Source: an uncultured Nitrospirota bacterium
GTDB taxonomy: Bacteria > Nitrospirota > Nitrospiria > SBBL01 > CAZOFZ01
Direction: 5' to 3'
Assembly (NCBI GenBank): GCA_964579175.1
Contig: CAZOFZ010000003.1
Location: 1 to 38,586, forward strand
DNA: 38,586 bases
Shown here piece after piece: positions 8,802-17,298 of this stretch; the stretch's first letter is position 1; each line of letters opens with the position of its first letter. The notes under the pieces were generated by a model that saw nothing but the letters and a program-made list of their open reading frames with translations, had not been told where the DNA came from and ran no database searches. Position numbers and translations under genes: made by a program.

Positions 8802-9212
8802 TTGAAGCCCATCCTTGCAAACAACGATATTGTCCATTGCCTGCTCGCTTCCTTCCCGGACACCTTGGCCGTTTACTGGTTTGGGAGTTTTAGTGCGGGG
8901 GATGAACACCCGAAGAGCGATCTGGACCTGGCCCTCTTCCCGGTCGCCCCGCTCGATCCGGTTGCACGGTGGGAAGCGGTCCCGAAGATGGCTCAAATCG
9001 CGGGTCGTGACGTAGACCTGGTGGATCTTTTATCGGCGTCCACGGTCATTCGCATGCAGGTGGTTGCGCATGGGCGGCGTCTTTACGCTGCCGATGAAAA
9101 TCAGGTAGGCCGCTTTGAGGATCGGGTTTTCTCGGATTATGCGCGGTTAAACGGGGAACGGCGGGGCATCCTGGAAACGATCCAACAGACCGGAACGGTG
9201 TATGGCCGATGA
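8802..9212 (+). CDS. mntA: MntA-type minimal nucleotidyltransferase (antitoxin of HEPN/MNT type VII TA modules)
   Basis: 136 aa. It carries the nucleotidyltransferase signature GSFSAGDEHPKSDLDLALF (GS-x-G...D-x-D). The start is TTG in the ORF track. The stop TGA 9210-9212 overlaps the ATG of the hepT remnant, a typical TA gene overlap. Confidence 0.8.
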   Translation: MKPILANNDIVHCLLASFPDTLAVYWFGSFSAGDEHPKSDLDLALFPVAPLDPVARWEAVPKMAQIAGRDVDLVDLLSASTVIRMQVVAHGRRLYAADENQVGRFEDRVFSDYARLNGERRGILETIQQTGTVYGR

Positions 9213-9258
9213 CGTTCTGCTCAACAAAGTGGCGATCGTCGAGCCCGCGTTCCAGTAG
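9202..9258 (+). pseudogene. hepT: truncated HepT (HEPN/DUF86) toxin remnant, 18 codons
   Basis: ATG 9202 encodes MADDVLLNKVAIVEPAFQ followed by TAG at 9256-9258. DDVLLNKVAIVE matches the conserved HepT N-terminus (compare S. oneidensis MNDIIINKIATIKRC). No Rx4-6H HEPN motif is found downstream. This ORF is too short to appear in the ORF track. Confidence 0.6.
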
Positions 9259-9340
9259 CTATTGCAACACTCGTAGCGTGAGTAGGTGTCAGGACGCGGC
9301 ACGGTCTGTCCAAATAGAAAGAGCGAAAATAACATTAGCG

Positions 9341-10690
9341 ATGAATACTGTCTTTGCATTTCCCGGGATCATTGCCCGGCAACTGGATGGCCATCCCACC
9401 CTGCAAAAGGTGATCAAGAACACCGGTTGGTTATTTGCGGAGCGTATTCTGCGCATGGTGGTCGGGCTGTTTGTGGGGAGTTGGGTGACCCGCTATCTCG
9501 GCCCCGAACAGTTTGGCCTGTATACTTATTCCGCCTCGTTTGTGGCCCTATTCGTACCGATTGCGGCACTGGGTCTGGACAATATCGTCATACGCGAAGT
9601 GGTCCGTGACCCGTCCCGCAGAGACGAAATTTTAGGCACGGCCTTTTTCCTGAAATTGGGGAGTGGCGTCCTCGTGCTTCTGGCCACAATCGGCGGCATG
9701 TTTTTTCTGCGCCCACAGGACTCCCGCACACTCTGGTTAGCGGGCATTATCGCGACTGGGATGCTCTTTCGATCCCTGGATGTTATTGATTTCTTGTTCC
9801 GGTCTCACGTTCAAGTCCGACACGTGGTTTACTGGAGAAGCATGGCTTTTTTGATAATCGCGTTAGTCAAGGTCGTTCTCATTTTGGCGAAAGCGGACTT
9901 AGTCACGTTTGCCTGGGTAAGTCTCGCAGAGATGGCGCTGGGTGCAGTGGGACTTTGTATGGCATACCGTATGAGTGGATATACGCTTTCTTCCTGGCGG
10001 TGGAGTGGGGGATGTGCAAAAGATTTGCTTCGTGATAGCTGGCCATTGGTTTTTTCGGGTGTGCTCATCATGGTCTACATGCGCATCGATCAAATTATGC
10101 TCAATGACATGGTTGGGCCGGGTGCTGTGGGTGTCTATGCGGCGGCCGTTCAACTGGCGGAGATCTGGTATATCGTCCCCATGGCGATCGTTTCATCTGC
10201 GCTTCCGGCGATCATTGAGGCCAGGGCGGTCAGTGAGACCCTGTTTTACGCACGCCTTCAAACGCTCTACCGATCCATGGCCTTCCTGGGGTATCTGGTG
10301 GCAATTCCAGTGACGCTATTTGCCCGGGATGTGGTTGCCCTGTTATACGGAGAGGCATTTTCAGCGGCGGGGCCGATGCTGGCGCTACTCGTGTGGGCCG
10401 GGATATTTACGAATCTTGGCGTAGCCAGGTCGTCATTTCTGACGACGATGAACTGGCCAAAACTCCATCTGGCTACAACGCTGATGGGTGGCCTCATCAA
10501 CGTCGGACTCAATTTCGTTCTGATCCCGAAATACCATGGCATGGGCGCGGTGATTGCCTCGATCGCAGCCTATAGTTTCCAGGCGTACTTTTCCTGCTTC
10601 TTTTGTAGGCCACTCTTCAAGACCGGTCTGATGCTGTCCAAAGCGCTTATTTTTCCGAACCCTTTTATACGAGAACAGGTAACCCGATGA
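9341..10690 (+). CDS. wzx: polysaccharide flippase (Wzx / MOP-PST family)
   Basis: The ATG at 9341 gives MNTVFAFPGIIARQ.... 449 aa with ~12-14 hydrophobic helices. The pattern GWLFAERILRMVVGLFVGSWVTRYLGPEQFGLYTY is typical of polysaccharide biosynthesis (PST) transporters. The upstream 44 codons of the track ORF read through the hepT remnant. Confidence 0.8.
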   Translation: MNTVFAFPGIIARQLDGHPTLQKVIKNTGWLFAERILRMVVGLFVGSWVTRYLGPEQFGLYTYSASFVALFVPIAALGLDNIVIREVVRDPSRRDEILGTAFFLKLGSGVLVLLATIGGMFFLRPQDSRTLWLAGIIATGMLFRSLDVIDFLFRSHVQVRHVVYWRSMAFLIIALVKVVLILAKADLVTFAWVSLAEMALGAVGLCMAYRMSGYTLSSWRWSGGCAKDLLRDSWPLVFSGVLIMVYMRIDQIMLNDMVGPGAVGVYAAAVQLAEIWYIVPMAIVSSALPAIIEARAVSETLFYARLQTLYRSMAFLGYLVAIPVTLFARDVVALLYGEAFSAAGPMLALLVWAGIFTNLGVARSSFLTTMNWPKLHLATTLMGGLINVGLNFVLIPKYHGMGAVIASIAAYSFQAYFSCFFCRPLFKTGLMLSKALIFPNPFIREQVTR

Positions 10691-11595
10691 ACCTTGCACC
10701 GATTGCCCTTTTTGTTTACAAACGCCCCGTCCATACCCGAAAAACTATCGAGGCATTACAGGGAAATGCGCTGGCGTCTAAAAGTTGTCTCTACATCTTT
10801 TCGGACGGGCCCAAAGATCAGGACACTGCCAATGCGGTCGCTGAAGTTAGGCAATATATCCGTAGCATTACCGGATTTCTATCCCTTAACATCATTGAAC
10901 GGGACAGAAACATGGGGTTAGCCCAGTCGGTGATCGCGGGTGTGACCCAACTCTGTAGCGAGCACGGCCGAGTGATTGTTCTGGAAGACGATCTTGTGGT
11001 GTCTCCTTACTTCCTGGATTACATGAACGATGCCTTAAACCGATATGAAAACGAAGCGCGCGTCATGCAGATTTCAGGATGCCTATTCCCTGCCAAGACA
11101 GAGAATGACGAGGACGCCTTCCTTCTACCCTTTACTACTACGTTGGGTTGGGCAACATGGCAGCGTGCATGGAAATATTTTGATCCGGACATGACAGGGT
11201 GTAAAACCATGCAAACAGACCCCAGTTTGCAAAAAAAGTTTGACTTGGGAGGCGCCTATCCGTATTCCAGAATGCTGGAGGATCAGAAAAGTGGAAAAGT
11301 AGATTCCTGGGGAATCTTGTGGTATCTGAGTGTTTTTATGCAATCAGGATTGGTGTTATACCCTAAACAGACGTTGGTGAATCATATCGGGTACGACACC
11401 ACGGCAACGCACGCGAAATCCACTTGGTATCGAGAGGCCCCTCTGTTTCAGAACCGAATTGAACGGTATCCGGATCAGATCACTGTGGATACCCGGTCGT
11501 TTAAGCAGGTGCAGAATTTTCTGAGTTCCAGAACCCACGTCACAGGTCGGTTTGCAAGACGATTTCGTTGTTTCATCTCTAGGTTTTTCAGTTGA
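10687..11595 (+). CDS. glycosyltransferase (GT2-like / GNT-I-like fold)
   Basis: 302 aa. N-terminus IALFVYKRPVHTRKTIEALQ... and an EDD motif (VLEDDLVVSPYF). ATGA overlap with wzx. Confidence 0.65.
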   Translation: MNLAPIALFVYKRPVHTRKTIEALQGNALASKSCLYIFSDGPKDQDTANAVAEVRQYIRSITGFLSLNIIERDRNMGLAQSVIAGVTQLCSEHGRVIVLEDDLVVSPYFLDYMNDALNRYENEARVMQISGCLFPAKTENDEDAFLLPFTTTLGWATWQRAWKYFDPDMTGCKTMQTDPSLQKKFDLGGAYPYSRMLEDQKSGKVDSWGILWYLSVFMQSGLVLYPKQTLVNHIGYDTTATHAKSTWYREAPLFQNRIERYPDQITVDTRSFKQVQNFLSSRTHVTGRFARRFRCFISRFFS

Positions 11596-12167
11596 TGCTT
11601 CCGAGAAAGTTTGTCCTAAACATGCTTGCCCGACTCAGATGGAGTTGTCCACGGAACGTGGATATCCCTTCGGATTCGGATGTTGCTTTGTGGAAGATTC
11701 ATCTAAAAGACGGCGTTCAATTAAAAGTTGGACATGGGACAACCGTGGAGGGTTCTATTCTCTTCGACTGTGACAATGCTGTTGTCGTTGTAGGGAATAA
11801 CACGTTTATCGGTGCCTCTACAATTGTGGCTGCTGAAAACGTGGAAATTGGAAATGATGTGCTAATTGCGTGGGGATGTTGGATTGTGGATCATAACTCT
11901 CACGCCATATCTTGGAGAACTCGCAGCCCAGACGTGAAGGAGTGGAGGGCGGGACGGAAGAAATGGGGGGGGGTTATCAAAAAAGCGGTTCACATTCAAG
12001 ACAAGGCCTGGATTGGTTTTAACTCGATTATTTTGAAAGGTGTTACCGTTGGCGAAGGGGCTATCGTGGGGGCGGGTTCCGTTGTGACAAAAGATGTGCC
12101 TCCCTGGACCATCGTGGCGGGTAATCCCGCACGGGTCATTCGCGAGATTCCCGTTGACGAACGGTAA
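11595..12167 (+). CDS. hexapeptide-repeat (LbH) sugar O-acetyltransferase
   Basis: The ATG at 11595 overlaps the upstream stop as TGATG. Left-handed beta-helix repeats include IGNDVLIAWGCWIVDHNSH and AWIGFNSIILKGVTVGEGAIVGAGSVVTKDVPPWTIVAGNPARVIREI. Confidence 0.85.
   Translation: MLPRKFVLNMLARLRWSCPRNVDIPSDSDVALWKIHLKDGVQLKVGHGTTVEGSILFDCDNAVVVVGNNTFIGASTIVAAENVEIGNDVLIAWGCWIVDHNSHAISWRTRSPDVKEWRAGRKKWGGVIKKAVHIQDKAWIGFNSIILKGVTVGEGAIVGAGSVVTKDVPPWTIVAGNPARVIREIPVDER
11965..11973 (+). repeat. G9 homopolymer inside the acetyltransferase CDS
   Basis: Read directly as aaa tgg ggg ggg gtt (K-W-G-G-V). It lies upstream of the catalytic LbH repeats. Confidence 0.95.
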
Positions 12168-12978
12168 GCAGTCCACTTGGGAAGAAGCCGTTTTATGGCT
12201 GAAGGATCAACCGGATCAGGGCGATTTGGTCCGTGCCTGTTTTTATGACGATCCTTTGCTTGTCGCTGCACATCGGTATTATGAAAGTTCGGAATGGCAG
12301 GCCGTTAGAAAATTTCTACCGAAAAGAGTCGGTGCCGTTTTGGACATTGGCGCTGGGAGGGGTGTTTCTTCGTATGCCCTGGCACGCGATGGGTGGGAAA
12401 CCACTGCACTGGAACCCGATCCGAGCCCCATCGTGGGAGCAGGTGCGATCCGCGCTCTGTCCAAAGCAGCAAACCTGCACATTCGCGTCGAAGAGATGTG
12501 GGGGGAGGTTTTGCCGTTCTCGGATAAAAGTTTTGACATGGTACATAGTCGCCAGGTTCTACACCATGCAAAAGATTTAACGAAACTGTGCCGTGAAGCC
12601 GCAAGGGTTTTGAAACCGAATGGCCTTTTCATCGCAACACGCGAGCATGTCTTATCTCGCCAGGAAGACCTGCCTGTCTTTCTCGAAAACCATCCGTTAC
12701 ACAGACTCTATGGTGGGGAAAGGGCCTATCTTTTGACAGAATATCTCACCGCGATTCAGCAGAGTGGAATAACACTGACGCACGTTCTAAATCCATTCCA
12801 ATCCGAAATTAATCTTTATCCGGATACGCTATGCCAACTCAAAAAGAGGTTGGCACGCAAGGCACTGTTTCCATGGCCACATCTAGTGCCTGCCGTGGTA
12901 CTGGGCTGGCTGGGTGCTTGGGTAAATACTCCGGGGCGTCTGTATACCTTCGTGGGCAGGAAGGTGGCCTGTGGGTAG
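12154..12978 (+). CDS. class I SAM-dependent methyltransferase
   Basis: SAM motif I VLDIGAGRGVSSYALARDGW and a post-I/II region LKPNGLF. The start is uncertain. TTG 12154 (MTNGKQSTWEEAV...) overlaps the acetyltransferase by 14 nt. The only in-frame ATG (12094) would overlap it by 74 nt. Confidence 0.75.
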   Translation: MTNGKQSTWEEAVLWLKDQPDQGDLVRACFYDDPLLVAAHRYYESSEWQAVRKFLPKRVGAVLDIGAGRGVSSYALARDGWETTALEPDPSPIVGAGAIRALSKAANLHIRVEEMWGEVLPFSDKSFDMVHSRQVLHHAKDLTKLCREAARVLKPNGLFIATREHVLSRQEDLPVFLENHPLHRLYGGERAYLLTEYLTAIQQSGITLTHVLNPFQSEINLYPDTLCQLKKRLARKALFPWPHLVPAVVLGWLGAWVNTPGRLYTFVGRKVACG

Positions 12979-13888
12979 AACACTGCTGATCACTGGGGGG
13001 TACGGCTTTATCGGCCGATATGTCGCACGACATTTTGCGAAACATGGGTGGCAGGTTATCGGGGTCGGCCATGGGGGGTGGGAAAAGCAAGAATGGGAGG
13101 CGTGGGGCTTCACAGCATGGCACGCGGGAGACGTCACGCTGGAAACGATGCGCGCCCATGGGGGACAGCCGGACAGTATCATCCATTGCGTCGGCGGTAA
13201 ATCGGTCGGTTTTTCCTTGGATCAGCCGTATGCCGACTTCCAGTCGAATGTCACAACGACGCTGTCCCTCTTGGAATTTGTGCGGTTGTATATCCCGACC
13301 TCGCGTGTTGTCTATCTCTCCAGTGCAGCCGTATATGGTAACGCAAGTCATCTACCCATTGTCGAATCGGTGCCGTTGTATCCAGTCTCTCCCTACGGCC
13401 TGCATAAAAAGATGGCCGAGGAAATCTGTCGCTCCTACTCCCGCCATTTTGGTGTCGCAACGGCAATCGTCCGGCTGTTTTCAGTTTATGGGCCGGGTCT
13501 TCGCAAGCAGCTATTATGGGACGCCTGCGTCAAAATGGCTCGGCAAGAGGTCACATTCTCTGGCGGAGGTCAGGAGACGCGAGATTGGCTGCACGTTCAG
13601 GACGCCGTGGCCCTATTGGCGAAGGCACGGGATCATGCGTCAACGGACTCCCCTACGGTCAACGGCGGTACGGGTATCGGTGTGACGGTGCGCGCAATCG
13701 TGTCAGAAGTATGCAATGTGTGGCGGATAAACCGTGCGCCGGAGTTTTCCGCGCTTGTACGACGCGGCGACCCCGCTCATTACGTGGCGGACACGACCCT
13801 CGCCAGTAAATGGGGGTGGCAGCCCAAAACAGATTGGCGCGACGGTTTGCGTGAATATGTGGAGTGGTTCCGGAAAGGTGCTTTGTGA
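12971..13888 (+). CDS. NAD-dependent sugar epimerase/dehydratase (extended SDR)
   Basis: GTG start. Rossmann motif LLITGGYGFIGRYV. Catalytic YxxxK (YGLHKKMAE). Confidence 0.85.
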   Translation: MGRTLLITGGYGFIGRYVARHFAKHGWQVIGVGHGGWEKQEWEAWGFTAWHAGDVTLETMRAHGGQPDSIIHCVGGKSVGFSLDQPYADFQSNVTTTLSLLEFVRLYIPTSRVVYLSSAAVYGNASHLPIVESVPLYPVSPYGLHKKMAEEICRSYSRHFGVATAIVRLFSVYGPGLRKQLLWDACVKMARQEVTFSGGGQETRDWLHVQDAVALLAKARDHASTDSPTVNGGTGIGVTVRAIVSEVCNVWRINRAPEFSALVRRGDPAHYVADTTLASKWGWQPKTDWRDGLREYVEWFRKGAL

Positions 13889-15054
13889 TTCGTGTCGGAT
13901 TCATACTCTCTTTCTCAGACGCAAGTTGGCTGGGAGGATTCTACTATTTTAAGGGTCTACTTGAAGCGATTCTGGCCCTGCCCAATAGAATGATCGAACC
14001 GGTCATTGTGACCGGCCATCGGGTGATACAAACGTACCTAAACGATCTCCCTGCCGTGGAAGTGGTGCGAACTAGCCTATTGGATCGTAACCACTTCGCA
14101 TGGATCATGCGCGGTGCGTACAGGTGGGTATCCGGTCATGATTTTCTCCTGGAGCGGCTTCTTCTTCAGCGCAACATTGCCATTCTCTCTCATGTTGGGT
14201 ACGTGGGAGTGCGGTTCAAAATCCCGACCATCGGCTGGATCCCTGATTTCCAGCATCTTTACCTGCCGGAAATGTTTTCTGCGCGTGAAGTTAGAAAACG
14301 AAGCCGGTATTTCATGGGACTGGTAAAACATAGCCGCAGGCTTATCCTTAGCAGCCAGAACGCCCTGAACGACCTCAAGAATTTTGCGCCAGATGCTGTA
14401 TGCAAAGCACGCGTTCTTCCGTTTGTCGCGAAACCAGATTCTGACATCAAGACGGTTCCTGACCGAGCATGGCTGGAAAAACGGTATGATTTTGAGGCCC
14501 CATTCTTCTATCTGCCCAATCAGTTTTGGCAACATAAGAATCATGACGTTGTTGTCAAGGCGGTGTCTATCCTAAAAGAGCGTGGCAGGGAGGTGCTTAT
14601 TCTGTGTAGCGGATACGAAACCGATTACAGAAATCGCGGTCATTTTGAACGCTTAAGGAGTGACATCCACAACCATCGCCTTGAGAAGAATCTCCGATTT
14701 CTGGGCGTCCTTGACCGTGCAGATGTGTTGGGGCTGATGAGGCAGTGTCTGTCAGTGATTAATCCCTCTTTGTTTGAGGGTTGGAGTACGACGGTGGAAG
14801 AAGCAAAGAGTCTGGGGAAGCACGTCATTTTGTCAGATATTGGGGTGCATCGCGAACAGAATCCACCTGAGGCGCTCTATTTTGATCCAAGGGATGCAGA
14901 GAGCCTTTCGAAGGTCTTGTGGGAGAGATGGACAACCTGTTCAGACGGTTTGGACGTGGCCAGAGAAGAAGCGGCCCAGCGGTGTTATGAAATTCAGCGC
15001 ACACAATATGCCGAACGATACCAACGCATTGTGATGGAAGTGGGAGCGGCTTGA
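13885..15054 (+). CDS. glycosyltransferase, GT4/GT1 (GT-B) family
   Basis: C-terminal EX7E-type motif EGWSTTVEEAKSLGKHVILSDIGVHREQ. The GTG at 13885 overlaps the epimerase stop as GTGA. GTG 13864 is an alternative start. Confidence 0.8.
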   Translation: MIRVGFILSFSDASWLGGFYYFKGLLEAILALPNRMIEPVIVTGHRVIQTYLNDLPAVEVVRTSLLDRNHFAWIMRGAYRWVSGHDFLLERLLLQRNIAILSHVGYVGVRFKIPTIGWIPDFQHLYLPEMFSAREVRKRSRYFMGLVKHSRRLILSSQNALNDLKNFAPDAVCKARVLPFVAKPDSDIKTVPDRAWLEKRYDFEAPFFYLPNQFWQHKNHDVVVKAVSILKERGREVLILCSGYETDYRNRGHFERLRSDIHNHRLEKNLRFLGVLDRADVLGLMRQCLSVINPSLFEGWSTTVEEAKSLGKHVILSDIGVHREQNPPEALYFDPRDAESLSKVLWERWTTCSDGLDVAREEAAQRCYEIQRTQYAERYQRIVMEVGAA

Positions 15055-15071
15055 TCATCCAGAAGGGGAGA

Positions 15072-16280
15072 ATGCTTCGGTGGTTTAACCTCCTAACCGT
15101 CGCGGTTGGGTTATTTGTGGTGGGCTTGAATGTTCCAAAAGTATCCCAACCTGTACTGTTTTTAGTGTTGATCATCTGTCTGTTGATTAGCAAGAAGGTC
15201 GTGTGGCGGGATGTGGAGTTTGTCATCAAAAGCACTATATTAGTATGTTTTGCAAGTACCTACTATGGAATCCTGTATGCATATGACTTTATTGATCCCT
15301 TTTTGGCGCTTAAGAATGTTCTGGTCATTGCCTGTGCGTACCTCATGGGATACTTCATCAGTGATTCTGATCTTCCCTGGAAAGCGTTTGGTGTAATATG
15401 GATTTTTCTGGCAAGCATCGCAGGGTTCGTTGTCTTCTCGCTAGGTAGCGTTTTGTACAGCATAGACCAAGTGGGGGCGGTGTCCGCACTAACAAGTCGA
15501 AAAGCCATGTCCATCTGGGGAGGAGAAGCGCTCACGAATGGCCCCGTGTTTGGACTTTATGTGTCACTGGGTCTGTGTTTAGTCCCCCTACTATTTTGGG
15601 GCCATACAGGGATCCGGGGATGGCATTTATTTCTAATAAGGCTCGTGATTGTTGCGTTTGGGGCTGCTGCACTGTATGTCCAGTTTTATGTGCGCAACCG
15701 GACACCCTATATTGCGTTCTTGACTGCCCTTGTCGTGTCCGTTTTTTTATATAAATCCCATGGGAAGACCGGGAAAATAATGGTGGTGGTTTTGAGCGTG
15801 GTGGGATTGGCGTTTTTATCATTCTGGCTTGTGCCAGAGGATGTCTTCTATGTTGCTCTAGGGCGGTTTTCAGACGAGGGTTTAGAGACCCCTCGGTACG
15901 AGTCCTGGCTACAAATGGTGCGCCATCTGTTTGACTATCCGTTAGGCGGGAGAAGGATCGACCTGCTCGGCCTCAATTATGTTCATAATCTATGGCTCGA
16001 TGTCGCGTACAATGCCGGTATCTTTCCCTTCGCCTTCCTTCTGCTGTTTCATCTGAGCCATATCCGTAATTTATGGGTCTTGGTCCACTCACAACTCCCA
16101 TCGTTGGTCATTGGAATCATTGTGTGCATGGGCGTGTCGTTTTCCTTCGGCTTTATGGGCGAACCGGCTCTGGATGCCTCAATCTCTTATTGTGCCTTCA
16201 GTTGTATGCTTTTAGGGACGATTCATGGCTTTGCGAAAGATATAAGGTACCAGACTCGATGGAATGCGCACGCAGCGTGA
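15072..16280 (+). CDS. O-antigen polymerase/ligase-like membrane protein (Wzy-like)
   Basis: ~10-12 TM helices. It has a large loop and the motif YVHNLWLDVAYNAGIFPFAFLLLF, typical of O-antigen ligase/polymerase domains. The ATG at 15072 is preceded by GGGGAG. The track starts at TTG 15051. Confidence 0.65.
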   Translation: MLRWFNLLTVAVGLFVVGLNVPKVSQPVLFLVLIICLLISKKVVWRDVEFVIKSTILVCFASTYYGILYAYDFIDPFLALKNVLVIACAYLMGYFISDSDLPWKAFGVIWIFLASIAGFVVFSLGSVLYSIDQVGAVSALTSRKAMSIWGGEALTNGPVFGLYVSLGLCLVPLLFWGHTGIRGWHLFLIRLVIVAFGAAALYVQFYVRNRTPYIAFLTALVVSVFLYKSHGKTGKIMVVVLSVVGLAFLSFWLVPEDVFYVALGRFSDEGLETPRYESWLQMVRHLFDYPLGGRRIDLLGLNYVHNLWLDVAYNAGIFPFAFLLLFHLSHIRNLWVLVHSQLPSLVIGIIVCMGVSFSFGFMGEPALDASISYCAFSCMLLGTIHGFAKDIRYQTRWNAHAA

Positions 16281-16326
16281 ATGACCAGCGATGTAACATG
16301 TCCACATGAGATTCCCAGGGACTCAA

Positions 16327-17169
16327 ATGCAAAATCCTGACAAACCGTGGGTTACCATCGTTACTGTTGTGCTCAACAACAATAAGTGCCTAGAACAAAC
16401 CATCCAAAGCGTAGCGAGTCAAACCTATGAAAATGTAGAACATATTATTATTGATGGGGGTTCCACGGATGGGACGTTGGACGTGATTAGGAGGTACCAG
16501 TCGGGTATTGCCTGCTGGATCAGCGAACCGGATCATGGAATCTACGATGCGATGAACAAAGGCATTGATCGAGCCCGTGGAGAGTGGATCAATTTCCTGG
16601 GTGCGGGGGACTGTTTTTATGAAAAAACGACCCTGGAAACCATATTCTCAATGGCATGGGAAGAGACAGACATCATCTATGGGGATGCCCGTGTTGTGTA
16701 TCCCGATGGATTCGTGAGAATTAAACGGGCCGGAAAGCCGGAAACCCTGTGGCGAGGGATGTCTATAAGCCATCAATCGGTATTCGCAAAGACTTCGCTC
16801 ATGAGACAGTATCGGTTCAATCCGAAGAATCGCATTGCGTCTGATTACGAATTCGTTTACAAATCGTTTAGGAATTACGCTCGCTTTGCATACATAAACC
16901 ATGTCATCGCATCATACTTGAGTGGGGGTATGTCCGATACAAATAGAGTGAAAGCGGTGTGCGAATCTTGGGTGATCGCCAAGCGGGAAGCACCCTCTTG
17001 GAAGGTAGACGCCTGTTATGCGCTTCTCATGGCACGTGCCGTGTTTATAGTCTGTATCAAAAACATGTTGACTGCTTCAACTGTACAACGGCTTTTTCAG
17101 TTAACGGACACCCTTGTAAGTTGGCACCGAAGGCTTCCCTTCTCCAGGAGACGGGATGATCAAAGTTGA
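16327..17169 (+). CDS. family 2 glycosyltransferase
   Basis: VTIVTVVLNNNKCLEQTIQSVASQTYENVEHIIIDGGSTDGT and DHGIYDAMNKGI are classic GT2 motifs. The ATG at 16327 follows AGGGA. ATG 16306 is an alternative start. Confidence 0.88.
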   Translation: MQNPDKPWVTIVTVVLNNNKCLEQTIQSVASQTYENVEHIIIDGGSTDGTLDVIRRYQSGIACWISEPDHGIYDAMNKGIDRARGEWINFLGAGDCFYEKTTLETIFSMAWEETDIIYGDARVVYPDGFVRIKRAGKPETLWRGMSISHQSVFAKTSLMRQYRFNPKNRIASDYEFVYKSFRNYARFAYINHVIASYLSGGMSDTNRVKAVCESWVIAKREAPSWKVDACYALLMARAVFIVCIKNMLTASTVQRLFQLTDTLVSWHRRLPFSRRRDDQS

Positions 17170-17298
17170 AGGAGAGTGTGCGTGTCCAGTTCCTCTATTA
17201 GCGGGCAGGGAAACCGTCGAGAAACGGTACTCCCTGCAGGTAACAGCGCCGCGTTTGGCGACCTTGTTGCGCAGCGCGGCCCAGAGGTTTTCTTAATC

